64,000 nucleotides of DNA from Lytechinus pictus (lineage: Eukaryota): the NCBI RefSeq assembly GCF_037042905.1, contig NC_087245.1, positions 19,966,001 through 20,030,000 on the forward strand, written 5' to 3'. Below the pieces are notes generated by a model that was not told the DNA's origin, searched no databases, and saw only the letters and a program-made list of their open reading frames with translations. Position 1 is the first letter of the stretch. Each line of letters opens with the position of its first letter. Shown piece after piece: positions 1-14,677 of this stretch. Position numbers and translations under genes: made by a program.

Positions 1-89
1 TGCTGAATGCAGAAGACAGTGACAGAAAATGTCACATGATCCAACAGATCAATACACTCCGCCGTTCAGGCTTGTTCAAATAAAATATG

Positions 90-560
90 TGAAGGTGAAA
101 GAGAGAAAGATGAGAGAAACAGATAAAGTAGAGGTGAAGACAGTGGGAGACAAGGAAATAATAATAGAGGATCAAAAGAGATTATTTTTAATCAAGAATT
201 TCGGAAAGATGAATTAGAAAATAGGATGATTAAAGCAGGTAAGAGAGAATAGGAGAGGGGATAAATAAATGTGGGGGGGGGGGGAAGAAAGAGCAAATGA
301 GGGGGAGAGGGAAAGAGAGGAGGGATGGACATACAGAATGAAAGAGAGGGGATAATGAAAAGGGAAAGGAAGATATAACAGTGTTCAGGGAGAAGTGGAT
401 AGATGGCAAAGGATAGGTGGGTAGGGGTGAAGACATCCCCCTGCCCAAGAGAGCGAGAGAGGGGGGAGTCTGGGGGGGGGGGAGGGAGACTAGATAGAGG
501 CAGATAGAAGGCAAAGGTGATTGAGTTGTAAGACAGAGAGAAAAACTGAGAGATTACTGA
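90..560. repeat. Polypurine (GA-rich) low-complexity tract with poly-G runs
   Basis: Almost pure A/G on the plus strand, which explains the F/L/S/P-rich minus-strand ORFs. Confidence 0.85.
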
Positions 561-2742
561 AATAAATAAATCAAAACTACTATGAATCAAAACTATGAAT
601 GAAAATAAGGGAGCGAACAAGATAAAAAGATCATGGGAAAACCGCAACGAATGCCGAAAAAAAGAATGGGGTAACCCAGGGGTTAATTTCACAGGGACAT
701 GTACAAGAAAAATATGCACAAGAGATAGTGATATGCTCTTTCCCTGATCAAATTTACTTGAGGCAATAACTTGCAGTAGCAGTGACTGAATTCTGAAGGA
801 TCTATCTGTGTATGGGCCTCACGGCAAAATGAATATTGAACTGCCCCCACACAATCAAATTCATGATCATTTCTACCTGTATATTGTCACCAAAATCAAT
901 TTTCCTCTGCTCCCTCTTCTTATTCATTTCATTTCTGATGTTATTTTTAATAATTTCATATACCTGTATTTTTTAAATTCAGATTGCCATTTTACAAAAA
1001 CATTTCTCTTGCTTAAGACGAAGGTCCTTTTATAACCTCCAAATTTTCTTCTACTCAACTCAATCTCTTTCCACTTTTATTTTGACAGTTGCTTCATGAT
1101 CAAAGGGAATATCGCCAATATCGCCCGAGCACGAAACTACTGTGACTTTGACATTAAAGTCTGGCAGGTAGCGCCTGCATATGACATCATCAATTTCTTA
1201 TTCACTGTTTTGTCCTTTTTGCAACATTATGATGCTTTTATTTACCCTGGCTCCTTTCTATGTCTGCAACTCCACACTGAATGCAAAAGGCCATGAAACT
1301 CTCATAATACCTTGCACAAGAATAGAACCCATAGACCTTTGTAAACTACTGATATTTCAATAAAACAAATTGTTTCCTCCGCAGAAAGATATGTGTTATG
1401 AATGGCAGGATCAGTTTCCTTCCAGCACATACTACACCGATCGTCTCTCGGCAATCTATTCACGACATTCATAAGAAGAGGGGAGATTTTATAGAAAAAC
1501 ATAGCTGGGCACTGGTATTAGAAACAGATTGAAAGTCATTGCTCAAAGGACATGCCGCCAAAAAATAGGGAGAGGGTGAAATCTGATTATCAGTGACTTC
1601 AAATGAAAACTCAAATTTGAAGCGGATTACGGTAAGCAAACCGGCATCATTCCAATCCTCGATGTTCAGATATCTACATGTAGATCCATGCTTGTACTGG
1701 GTAAAAGTCTTGGGGTTCGTGAGAGTGAGGAAAAAACCAGCGGCGGCTTCTGAAACTCATGATGGCTGCCCCAGAAAATAAAAAAAAGATTGAGGACAAT
1801 GATGAAGATGAAAAATAGCGACTGCAATAATTCTTGGAAAGGTCTACATCTTTTCAAACCCTATGCTGGTTGATCTTTGATTAATTCTAAAACACGGGTT
1901 ATGGAGATTCAAAGGTCATTCATAAGCTTTCCATACTGTCCAGACCTAAGCTTCTCCATACCTGCTTACAGCTATACAAGAGTCAGCTCCAAAGTTTGAA
2001 CAAAAAAATCTACTGAAAACCATCTACCTGCATTGGTTGAAAGGTATAATCCCATTCTGAAAAATATTTGCAGTGTCATGAATGAAGTGCAAACATGCAA
2101 GAGAAAAAAAAAGTGTTCTCCAGAATTTAAGGTCTACTAATAGATGCCAGTTGGTGACTTCATCATGTTAAGATTTAAGTTGGCTACGCTCTCTAGTGTT
2201 TACCAAATCAAACTTGAGTAAGACGTTTGAATACCAATAAGGTTTCTATGCAACATAGTGTGAAAATTGACCTATAAAACATGCTTATTCCATATCTTAC
2301 CCCAAAACATGCATCCTTTTAGTCAAATATGAGTAAATTTGAATTTTTCATGAATCTTCTCTTGAGTGAATCATAAGAAGTATTGCTCAAGTAGCAGATA
2401 TTGTTTAACAAACAGTATACAGAAAAGCTAATACTGCCACAATGTAAGAAAACAAATATAGCTCCAAAAAATGATATTCATGGCATAAGATTGCAAAATT
2501 ATTATCATACCAGAGGGGAAAAATTGTTTGAAGTAAATCTGAGGATACTTTCATTTCTTGATTTGAAGAGATTGAACCCCATGACACTAAGCTTAGTAAT
2601 TGATTGTTCAGTTGATTTCAATGATTAAATGAATATAATGAGCAATGAAATGAATTTGATAAATCAGCCTTGATAGTAATCAATAATAAGCAATGTGTTC
2701 TGGGACCCAACACTGCCACTATAATAATTATGATTAATATCT

Positions 2743-2777
2743 TCATCATCACCACCACCATCACCATCACCATCATC

Positions 2778-2812
<35 letters not shown>

Positions 2813-2876
2813 TCATCATCATCATCATCATTATTCAACACATCACCCACATTACTATATTCACCATCATCACCAT
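2743..2876. repeat. (CAT)n/(CAC)n microsatellite
   Basis: Runs of CAT and CAC triplets. These explain the poly-S/H/M/D ORFs. Confidence 0.95.
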
Positions 2877-2910
2877 TAGTAAAATTTGTATTCTTAACAA
2901 ATATATAGAA

Positions 2911-3345
2911 GAGATTCATACACTCGCATTTTGCATCATTCGAATGATGCAGTTTGAGCGTGTGAATGCAAAATAGCATAATTTGAAATTCGCAATTCAA
3001 ATGATGGTATCGAGGTGTTTTCCAGTGACGATATTCCAGAATGACGGAGCGAAACAGCCGTGTAAATGCTTTGACCTCCAAAACGAAATTCTGCGGGTGG
3101 AACTTACGGTGACCTTTCAACCACTTCCGCCGAAAAACCCGCTATTTTCTGCTCTGTTGGCAAGTTTTAGCGATGCACGAGTGATTGATGGGGTACAAAA
3201 AAGAAGCCACACCTCTTGTTATTGGTGCGGAACGTAAAACCGCAGAATTCCCGAATCCTCCTGAGCCGTGTGAATGGAAGATGATTCTAGCATCATTACA
3301 ATTAAGCATTCAAATGATGCAAAATAAGGGCATGTGTAACCCCTC
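2911..3345. mobile_element. Degenerate MITE-like element
   Basis: ATTTTGCATCATTCGAATG (2928-2946) is inverted with CATTCAAATGATGCAAAAT (3307-3325). CpG-richer interior with repeated CGTGTGAATG. Confidence 0.55.
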
Positions 3346-4991
3346 ACAGTCATTTATGATGTAATTCACAATGGATTTCACAAACAAACTATTCATATAA
3401 TGCTAACATACAAGAAATGTTGAATGAACACAACATAATCTAAATTCAACGGTTTTGTTTAATGTTTGATTCTTAACTCTGAAAAGCAACCAAAGCTAAG
3501 CAAGACAATAAACATGCAAATTGCCAATTTTGATTTACAGCATGAATCACCATAGAAATGAAAGATTTCATTCAAATTCATGTCATTTTCATTCAGAAAT
3601 GGGGTATTTCATATTTGGTTCATCGATAATTAATCCCACACGCACAAATCTCTTCATATATGGGCAACAATGCTTTGCAATTTCCATGCTTATCATTCAT
3701 GGGCTCCATAATCATGGGGGAGAATAAAAAAAATTACTCTAACTTTACAAAAATGTCAAAAAAAAATCTGTTTGCAAGAAAAAGCAAGGGGAAGGGGATT
3801 GTGAATAAAATGGTTCATAAGGCAAATGTTACAATGCAGATGTAAGAAAAATTGTAGAAATACTAACTTCAAATGAAACCATAATTTTGGATCTGCCAAT
3901 AAAAACATCATTGGGAAATAGAAAATTTACAATTCAACGTGCAAATAAAATCAATACTCAGAATTATATTGGAATATTTTAAGAACAAAACAAAAAAAAT
4001 TATTCGATCAAACAGTTCTTGTGCATTTTTTGACAATTGTTAGTCTGCACTTTTGATTCTTCAAACCGAGGGTCACGTACATCTTGAAAACCACACAACT
4101 TTAAATGTACTTTATGTCAGATTCTTCTTAGTTCCTTCCTCTCTCTTTCTCTAATGTTCCTGCGATTTTTCTTTGCGCTTCCGTGAGTGCTTGTGAAACA
4201 GATTTCAAGTTGAATTATTTAGGTTTTCTGCGTCCAGTTGGCTTGAAAAGGAATCAATGAGACGAAAAGAAAAGGAACTGCTAAGTTCACCATTTCAAAT
4301 CCGCTCATGTGCGAATGCTGTTTTCTTTGTGTCTAATCTCAATTTATTTTTTTGTTGTTTTGGAGTTGTTTTTCTTAGCTTTTGTGAGTTGAGATGGTGT
4401 ACTTAATTCACTATTTACCCAGGCAAATGATCATCTGCAAGGCAGACGGCACTCATACCTTCTATAACTGTCGTTGGAAAACCATTTTCGATTGAAGAAT
4501 AAAAAGTGGGGTGGAGAAGTTATGTCCATTGGCTCCTGACCAAATTTTTATATGATAAGACTCTTTCAAACAAGGGAAAACCCCTGAAGTTTTTAATTTC
4601 TTCAAACACCAAGCTTGGTTGACCACCTTGTCTAATAGCTTTTTACTTATTAGTACACTTCATCACACATCCACAGATGCAATTTATTTTTGGTCTCCTA
4701 TAAATGTTATTTTTCTTTTTTTTTCCAGTTATGTCTGTATGTGGTTTGTCTGTCAAGTTCAGGGGGTCATTAAACTTTTAGAATAACTAATAAAGTACAC
4801 AATGACATGAAAACTTAATAATGACAATTAAAAAAAAGGAATTCATTAAAAGGAAATATCTTCATATCTTTAGGCACACTTTAACGTTACTACTTCAAAT
4901 AGAAATCTAATTAAGGTAAGAAAAAAGAGCTAAGGCTCACAAGCCTTTTTAGCATTTAATAGAATACTACATTTTTTGAAATAACAATTTC

Positions 4992-6256
4992 AAACAAGCA
5001 CATCAATGATGTGGAGCTCATCCAGCATCTCACAAAAAAATAATAATAATTTCAGCCCAGTTGAAATATATTGGTGACATAAATTGAGGAAACAGAATTG
5101 AAATTGGTGAACCTCATGAGGCTCTCAGATGGAACCAAAAAAAATCAAAATCAGTAAACAAATAAATAAGAAGTATTTTTGTGAGTTTTGAAAAATATGC
5201 TTAAATTAGCATACTTAATGAATTTTTTAATTGGTTGTAGACATTTAGTATCCGCACCATGTATCATGTAAAGTCAACAAAATTGAAATTGATCAACAAA
5301 TGAGGGAAAAAATGTATTTTTGGTGATTTATGAATAAATTTTGCATAAATCAGCATAAATAATTTTCTGATCAAAATTTCAAAATTCTGTGCGGAAACTT
5401 GGTTACCCTCATGTACCTCTACCAGATGGATGAAAAAAATCTAAATTGGTAAACAAATAAAGAAGAAAAAGAAGCATTTTTTGTGATTATGAATAAATTT
5501 TGCATAAATTAGCACAAATAATTTTGTACTAAAAATTTCAAAATTCTGTGTAGAAGTTTGGTGAACCTCATGAAGTTCTACCAGATGGAAGAAAAAAAAG
5601 TCAAAAATCGGTCAACAAATAAAGAAGCATTTTATGTGAATTTTCAAAAATATGCATGAATTAATTTCGCATAAATTAGCATACAATTTTTTCTAGTCAA
5701 AATTTTAAAATTCTGTGTAGAAGTTTGTGGAAACTCATGAAGCTCTACCAGAAGGAAGCATAAAAATCAAAATTTGTCAAAAACTAAAGGAGAAGCATTT
5801 ATTGTGAATTTTGAAAAATGTGCATAAATAAGCATATTTACTGAGTTTCAAAATTCTGTGAAGTAGTTTTGAATCCCCCCCTAGTGCTATCATATAAAGC
5901 AAACAGAATGGAAATCGGACTTGAAATGACGAAGAAGAAGTATTTTGAAATTCGGTCAACAAATAAAGAAGACGAGGCATTTTCTACTCAAAATCTGTGT
6001 ACCAGTTTGGTGAACCTCATGAAGCTTTATCAGACGGAAGCAAAAAAAAAATCAAAATCGGTAAACAAATAAAGACGAAGCATTTTTTGTGAATTTTGAA
6101 AAATGCGCATAAATAAGCATATTTAATGAGCTTTAAAATTCTGTGAAGAAGTTTTGAATCCCCCACCTAGTGCTATCAAGAAGCATGTTAAAATTGTGGA
6201 GGACAACAGACGACGGATGCCACACCCCTGCATAAGCTCATCTGATGAGCTGAAAA
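4992..6256 (-). mobile_element. Helentron-associated non-autonomous element (HINE/DINE-1-like) with internal ~140-165 bp tandem array
   Basis: One end AAACAAG + hairpin CACATCA-A-TGATGTG (4999-5013) + AGCTCATC. Other end AGCTCATC-T-GATGAGCT-GAAAA (6235-6256), i.e. subterminal inverted repeat plus short IR, with A/T-run termini and no TSD. Internal marker AAATTCTGTG recurs at about 5382, 5542, 5709, 5851, 6136. Confidence 0.8.
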
Positions 6257-9200
6257 GCAGAAGGCAGTCAGATTTTTATGTCTAAGTCTTGTCAAAGACT
6301 AACAGGAAGGAGATTGGGCTATTTCTATCTCTGAGAGAAGAGATGCGTGTATGAACATTTAGACAAGTGAGGTGAAAACACCACAATTAGAATAATATTT
6401 GATGGAAAAGTCACGAAACAACGCAATTAAAATAAGGCAAGGAAATTGGGAGAGGAATAAAAAAAAAATACAGACAGAAGGACCTTTTTCTCTTTCAGCC
6501 ATCTGTTCAAATGTGGGAGAAAAACTAAAATAATTTCATGATAAAGCTGATGGAACGATTATTACAATTGCAACTAGATTTCTAGAAACCACAGCCTATG
6601 CTGAGCACTCATTAAGATAGGCAAAGATGGGGGTAGAGGTGCATTTTTAATCAATTGCATTACCACAAGTTTTTTTTTAAAGGCTTATCTGGTAGAGCAA
6701 GAAGCTGAAAATCAGAATTATACCCAACCACAAATTGATCACATCACTGCACACTCACTATAGTATTCGGATTTTCATCGAGGTGAGAAACAAAATTCTA
6801 CATTGAGCTGGCCGTGTTTCATGTTCGCAACCAGTTCAATAAGCCTACGTAAACGGCATGCTTTAGGGCCACACGCACCTGTAATTTTGGTTCCCCAATA
6901 GCCATGTTACGAGCGCACGAAGCTGCTCATTCGAGCTTACAGATTACCATGTGGTTGACGATTCAAACAGGCTGGAGAAAGCCATGAATAAGGGATCGGT
7001 CTACGTCGTTGCATCTCTTACCTTTGCTGCTTTTACGAATCACTACAACAAAAAGGAATATACAGTACACACGGTGGGAGGGCTTCAGTTTTGGTTCCAA
7101 ATAGTACACTTATCCTTTTAATCCCTTACTCCTCCCCTTTTTTATCCTTACAAAGAGGCGACCCCCCAATTTACACTACATTTGCCACAACTATAAGCAC
7201 TTAAATACGCAACTCAGGCCTGACGCAACTCCAATCTACATAGAACCATGACATCAGGAACTTCTGATAGAGAAATCAACAAAATATATTCAAACTTCTT
7301 CACATGTATAGTTGAATCCCATTCTCCAATAGTTCTTTGAAAAGCAGGAAAGCATTGCTATTAAAGGTTACATTCAACTGTATCGAAGGAAAACTGAATT
7401 ATGAGAAGGGGGAATGCATTAAAAACACCATCACACACGACTGCACGCTCCCTATTCATACTCTGACAGAGATGGAGCACGAAATCGCACATGAATGAGC
7501 CTTCGGGAGAAAATTGCAAGAACATTCACCCCGAAACATTAAATAGTAGAGACAATCACATTACATGGTCGTCCAGTTGCAAGACGAATTACCCCAAGAC
7601 ACGTGCCAGGCGCACACTTTCTATGGTCACTGCTATTACGTATTGCGATTCTACCAATTAACTACACGGCTGACTGCTAAATGAGAGAAGTCATTGTCGA
7701 TTTCTCCATTCCAAGAAATCATTCGCACAGCCAAAAGTACTCTCCCTGAATCTGACAGGCAAGTAAGTTCACCCGGGTACATTAAATTATCAAAGATTTT
7801 CATTTATTCCATTTCTTATGGAAAAGTTATTTCTTTACATGATCCTTCCCCCATCAGCATTCTTGCTCTTCCTGTCTATCTTCTATCTTTCTGTCTCTCT
7901 CTCTCTCTCTCTGTTGCCTGTAAGTCTTTTTCTCCTGATCAAAGTAATATATAGATTTACTTATTTATCTATTCATTCATTTATTCAATTAATTGATTAT
8001 TTAGTCATATAACTATTCATTCATTTATCCTTCTCCTTCAGAGTTTGATCTCGTTATACATTCATTCTTTGGGATGGGGGCAGAATCTCACATACCACAA
8101 TCCTCATGCTTTCCATGCCAAAGCTAGTTCATGTTAACACAAATAACTAAATTAATTATTTGGTGAGTATAGAAAAAGGATGTGCACCATACCTACTTGG
8201 TCAAATAAAAAAATAATGACAGTGGAAATGTTCCCACTAACATTTCACAAAGGACTTACACTTGTAGTAGAACACAATGCCATTTACCTGCAGAAAAGGT
8301 AATGTACTTTACTTACTTAAAAGAAATAGATTTCTACTAATTCATGCTATTTTACTGTTTTGTGTGTGCAAAACTTTGTCATTATATTATCAAATGAAGT
8401 GTAAATAATCCAAGTCAATAATAAACCAAAACGTGTTTCAATAGAAAGTCTAAATAAAGATGTCCTTGCTCTTGTGTTCTTGGGGAAAAAAGTTTTGAAA
8501 AAAATACAGTATTTTCTATTTAAAAAAATCAAACAGCTTTTAATTAAATTTCAATGAGGATTTTTTTATTGCTTTCATCATGAAAAAGAACTAATACATT
8601 GGAATATAAATGCAGTTTGTGCATTCACGGTTCATCTATATCCAAATCTCTTTTTCAAGATGCAATTTATATACACATGGTATTGCATCATATATATTCA
8701 AATAGTTTTATATAGGATATGAATAAATGTATCGTTAAAGACCACTGCTGTATTGAATGAAAACATGAAAGGAGTCTACATCAATTCAATCAACATGAAA
8801 TTGTCAAAAGAGGGAGCCATTTTCTCTTACCCAAGCAGTCATTGTGAACTTTTGAACTAAACATTTTTTTAATGGATTGGTATACCGTAACATAATCCTC
8901 ACATCTTGAAAATGTTTTACTGAACATGAAAATATTGTATTTCTCCTGATCAAGTATAGTGCAGTGCACGACTTTATCATATCCATTATACTGTATACTA
9001 CTATTGTATTCTTCATTGTTGATATGGATCTCTTTGTTGCTTTTTTTTTTAACAAAAAGGATGACAAATTATGATTTTACATAAAAAGGGAGGGAATACT
9101 CTTGCTAACATGGAGAGAAAATGGGTCACTTTTAGGCAGAAAAACCTATAGCACAATGCCATTTATCGTTTCTAGGGCAATTTCATGTGTTTTTTTTCCT

Positions 9201-12200
9201 CCACTTTCAGTCAACCGGAGTGAAATTAAAAGGGTTGTATTCACGCGTCGGCTCGCGAGGAGGCATGTTTCGTTTCCGACTCATGTCATGGACAAACACC
9301 GATAATGGGTCACACTGAAATCTGAGCATTTAATAACAACATGAGACTTCTGTAAACAAATGCCAGAAGAGTGGCGTGCTTGAATGAAAATCAAGCTCTA
9401 AAACTAATCTGCACTTTAATCGCACAAACAGTTTGACAAAGCATGCAAATATTTTCTAAGTGAAAAGGGGTGATTTTTTAGAAAATATTTGCTTCCAAGG
9501 AGAATCTTCTGATATTCAAACTTTCATTGAAATCATATTTGCATCATTCTCAATATAATTATATCATATATTTCAGACATCACTTTGTTCTTCCACACAT
9601 GACTTATCCTCTGAATTGTCAAATTCAAACTATTTTAATAACAATTCTTAATACCCCCCCCCCCATAGTGGAGAGGGTAGGCTTCTCCGGTCTAACTTTA
9701 CACCTTCATTAGAATAACACAATTTTGCAAATAAACCTGGAATAAACAATCCTTGGGATAAAATTAACTATATTTTCAATTCAGTTACTTTTTCTTCCTC
9801 TAAAGTAGCTATCAATCCTTTAAAGTCCCACTATCAAAAAGTTTTTTTATATGAAAGTTCCTCCACCCCTCAGGTACTCTCCACTCGTTAGTTTCTCATC
9901 TGCTGCCCTCTCCATTCCATTAACGTCATATCACCCATCAGATCGCAGCGATGATGAACATCTTCAACAATTCAATGGAACATAAACCCTCCATTCTGGT
10001 CCGCTAAACACGCAATTGATTCCACAGGATGGAGGACCCGAGCAAAATAACATTGACTCAACCAAAGCTGAAAGAAGCAATCTTGTACTTGCTATTTCTG
10101 GGGGGTAAGGTGTAATGAAGGAGGCAAAACAATTTGGAATAATGACGATAACATCTGATCATTAATTTTCAAAGTGGCTACTCCCACCTGCCTGCCTGGT
10201 TATGGCAGGGGCTGCGGGGAAAAAATGCAACATTTCAAGGTCATGTGTATTTTGGATGGAAAGTACAGCGTGACATCCAATCAACGGTTTTGCTGAAATC
10301 CTCCAATGGCATTTTGTCAGACTCTACAAGTACATGCACAAACAAAACTACTTCAACTTCCTATCATATGACTAATGGAATGTATTTGGTACAAAAATTT
10401 CCAAAATGCACTTTTTTTCATGATAAATAGCGATATAGTGTCAAATATAACAGATATAACTATATTTTACCTGCATCATACATCTTTGTGAAAAACGCAT
10501 CACTTATGAAGTACAAAATGTTCTTTTCAATGACGTACGGATGACGAAATACCTGCATTCATCAGTTTCATTATCTGACATCATAATCGCTTCTATGAGT
10601 TGTAAAAAAATTACCCCAAAAATGTGGTACCCATATATTTTATTTAAAATAAAATCTAAAAAATAAGTTCATAAAGTATTCCATACATGATAAACATTGA
10701 TATTTTGATAATAATATAGCACTTTTTTTAAAACATACAAAGAGCATTGACCAAAGAAAGAAGTTTGTACATACTTCCAGTAAAATTGACATTATTATCC
10801 TGGCAGATTGCACTAATAGTTTCTGTTTGAATGAAAAGAATAGGCGAAGGAGCTTTGAACATTTGCTTTAGATACAAGCCATAAATGGGGAAGCATTTAA
10901 TAGAACTGCTACATGTTTCACGTTATTCTCATGCATGACATAAACCTTCACCTATAGCCTTTAGAGGAAAAAGAATTGAATGTCAAATATTCAGTTATGA
11001 AAATTAAACTCAAGGGGAACATTAATATGTGGCTGTCAGAAATCATAAATATTAGATAACTTTAGAGTATTTGAGACATGAAATAATTCATTTTGTTCCC
11101 CAAAAAATATTTGTCAAATTTTTGCCAGTTTTGGGGGCAACATACTCATACAGCAATGCCATGGGGTTTTTGATGGGGAGGGGGCTGGTAATGGAAGTGA
11201 GGTGGGGGAGGGGCTAAGGTGTCTCATTCTATCTTTTCTAAACCTTTAATCCTCTGTAATATACATTGCCTTTTGCCCCAAAATCAGCACTCTTGATTAA
11301 AATTGAGTAAACTTCAACTGCAACATGTTTTCCAAATAGGCCTTACACTTCTGATCACTATTACACTTCACCACTTAACAATATTTTTTTATAATCTATT
11401 TTCAAAATAAGAATTTAATTAAATTTTTTTTTTTTAAATAGATGGTTGAAACAATGGTTCATTTGATTTTAAACTGCAAATGTCAATTCATTATAATCAC
11501 ACAAAGTTGTGAAGACAATGTTCACACCTGACATTTCCTTCTGGTTGAAACATATTATATTCAAGACACCTTGGGAAATGTGTGCCCTTTTGATTTTATA
11601 TTCAATTTCATCCCATCATTGTTTTCTGATTGCCAAATGTTTATGGAAAATATGCCACTGTAGTTATTGCATGATAGTAGCAGGTTGAGAAAAAAAGTTG
11701 TTACATAAGAATACCATAATGTAAAAACCATGGTTACCCCCCCCCCCCCATGCCCTATTTCCTGCCCCCCCACCCCCTCCTGCCCTGGGATTCCATCTCT
11801 GTAAGCTACCCCAGTCTACGGAAAATATTGAATTTACTGACATTTACCAAGACACCAACAGGTGACACATTGTGCAGCGCTTCAGGGGGTATACCAGAGA
11901 CCATTGGGAGGGTAAAAATTACACCGGTGGTGAATTAAGGAGGGCAGATAGAGGCACACTGGGTGCACTCATCCACCAGTACCTGGGACCAGTCAAGAGT
12001 CAAAATCAAATTTGGGAGAGAGAATCAGAGAGGGAAACATGATGACAGTAATCATATTTGAGCACTGTCAAAACTTGGTTGGGGTTACCAGGGTGATACT
12101 TCACTACTGTGGAATACCTGGTAAAGCGGTTACTGACATTCGTGTATTGGAATTCAGACATGGATTGCTCCTTTTTTAGGAGAAGGGAAAAAGGAAGCGT

Positions 12201-14677
12201 CCCTTTACAATGTGAATGGAACAGTAAAAGAAAAGTATATAGGCTATATAAAAAAATAAGGGAAAAGATGAATAATGAAATGATTACAGAATAGAAGTGG
12301 AATTGTAATTAATGTAAGACTCGATGGCAAGGTCAATGAACAAAGTGATTATAATGGGACAGAGAACCTGAGAGACATATTAAGATAAAGATTTATCCAT
12401 AGGGATAATAAAAAATATATGAAGGTATGCAAATCCCTTTCAAAATAAAAATTAACCCATACATGTCAACTCTCTTCCTTCTGGGTAGCGCATACATACA
12501 AACAAACAACAAACACTAACTGTAGACAGACACATAGTTGAAAGCCCTTCGGAAACACACACACACACCCCCAAACTACTCCCATGCACCATCCTTCTCC
12601 CTAACCAAACCATCTCGGGGTCATGCCGCTCTGCAAATTGGCATCAGATATCTGGGCACAGGAGGCGAGGGGTCAGGGGTCGGGATTGTTTTCTCGGTGG
12701 AGCACACCTGGAAGAATCCGGAGGAATGCAGGGAGGTATTAAGGCTACACCAACCTGACCTCCATCCATTCCTCCTCCTCAGGAGCACCTAGCCCTGTAT
12801 ATCGGTTGACATTGGGAGCGTCTGGAGAGCACCATGAAACTAGACCTACAACACTGGGGCTTATTCAGGGATATATCATGGAATTGCCTCTGTTTAGTTT
12901 CATGTTTAGAGCGGCTTTCGGTCTGTTCTCTGTTCTACCATTAAAACCTGATGGACGTATGGATTAAGGTTGAAATGGGGTGGAAGGGATAAGGTAGTAC
13001 AAGTCTTTCAACGGTAAAGTTTACTCTATTTCACAGTTCTATTCAAGAATTTTGAAGGGGAAAGTACATAATTGAAGATGTAAACAATAGCAATAACAAA
13101 TATGATATTATTATTGTAAGGAGAAAATGACTGCAGAAAATGCAAGTCGATGAGATACCATTTTCCTACTTAGGTCTAACCATCTAATTTCATCACTAGA
13201 GAAAAGACTTACCCAACGTGAAACATAAAATGGAACTTTGAATCTAGACACCTACATACATGTAGGCCTCGATGTTCAACCTTCTTCTGATAATATTAAC
13301 TTTTTTTTTCATATATTTCTATCACAACTCATGGTATACTTGTCTTTTTTATTGTATCTAAAGATGAAAATGGAGTAAACAGGGCTGAATTGAATTAGAT
13401 TATTTAAACCTGGGGAAAACACACACACACACACATCAGGGACACCTTACATTTAGTGTCTTTGCGGATTATCATCTCAGTTTACCAAGCATGATTTTGA
13501 AGTTGATGTTATACTGCCCTCATATTGGGCAGAAAGTTCAATGCAATATTTATGTGAACTTTGGTAATACATCAATGTCATACTGCTACACTGATTGTTA
13601 AAGGTACAGTCATGGTAACAGTTAAAAGGGCATCAATTTCTTCACAGCATTGGGACTATGGCTAACCAAAAATCTCAGAAAAGATACTAAAATACTACTG
13701 GAAAAGTTAAAGAAATGCTTGTGCACTGTAAAAAGCAAACAGGCTAAAACCGAGGTTATAATATGCAAGTCCTCGGAAGCACAAAGAAGTGCTATACAAG
13801 AAATGTTCATTATTACCATTATCATTATAATTATTGCATGATGCATGATTCAATGAAACATAGTAATAAAATGAGTGTAATACACCTGTAGTAAATCAAG
13901 TTATGATTAATCTGAACACAAATTACTCATGACAAATCCCAGACTCCCCACCAATCCAGTTCAAAATGCAAATATCTGGAATGTAAGATATTTATTATAT
14001 TTACTGATTTCTTCTCATTAGTCATTATTGCCCTCTGAAATACAAACAAAACATGTTGAAAGTGTAACAAAAAATATCTACACAAATTAACGAAGTGCTT
14101 GGAAAGTATAATTTGAATTATTTAAGTAAAATATCAAGAGTTGCAATTAGAATTAGAAAATCAAATAGAATCCTATAATTTCACAAATCTCAGGGGATGC
14201 CCATATAAGAAAAAAAAGTCCTTTGGATGAAAACTATCCATGTCCCTCGGATAGGACTGTTTTCTCTTGGTCGTGCTTATTCCAGTTGTCCTATGCTGGA
14301 GACTAAAAATAAATCAAACATTTGAGCAATGCAAACATTGGTCTGTAAGTACACTCTCCCTGTCACTCATTCCATCATTAGTCAGCAGCCAATCAATAGT
14401 CTTCACTATCCAGACCCTCAATGACTCAGAATATAATTTTTTGTACCAAATTGTCACAAAATCACAAAATTATGAATGCTATGATACCAATTAGAATTGA
14501 TGACAAGTAGGAAAAATCATTGAACATGCTCCCTTTTGTATAGAAATTTTTTTCAATGGTAAAAAAAAAATAGTTGAAAACCAGAGGGTTTTGTCTGCGA
14601 GTATTCCTGATAGGCCTATGGCCTCATTTACCTCTGTACTCGAGATCAAGATGGTGATTATTTGGTCAGGATAATCT

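Noticed and set aside
192..719. 175-aa hydrophobic ORF, and similar ORFs at 57.7-58.6 kb
   Set aside because: By-product of polypurine low-complexity sequence, which lacks stop codons on the opposite strand.
1089..1167. Possible 79-bp exon (pyrimidine tract-AG ... CAG|GTAGCG; CFMIKGNIANIARARNYCDFDIKVWQ)
   Set aside because: The donor is weak, the peptide is not recognised and no partner exons were found. It would need RNA-seq.
4020..4560. Possible decayed coding remnant on the minus strand (K/R/E-rich peptides); similar impression at 32580-32960
   Set aside because: All frames examined are interrupted and no diagnostic motif could be recognised.
6242..6256. CTGATGA..GAAA hammerhead-ribozyme-like core
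   Set aside because: No stem II or flanking helices. The sequence is explained by the HINE terminal inverted repeat.
6753..6763. ACTCACTATAG, the 3' part of the T7 promoter
   Set aside because: Only 11 contiguous bases of the 18-bp promoter match, the upstream TAATACG is absent and there is no vector sequence. Compatible with chance.
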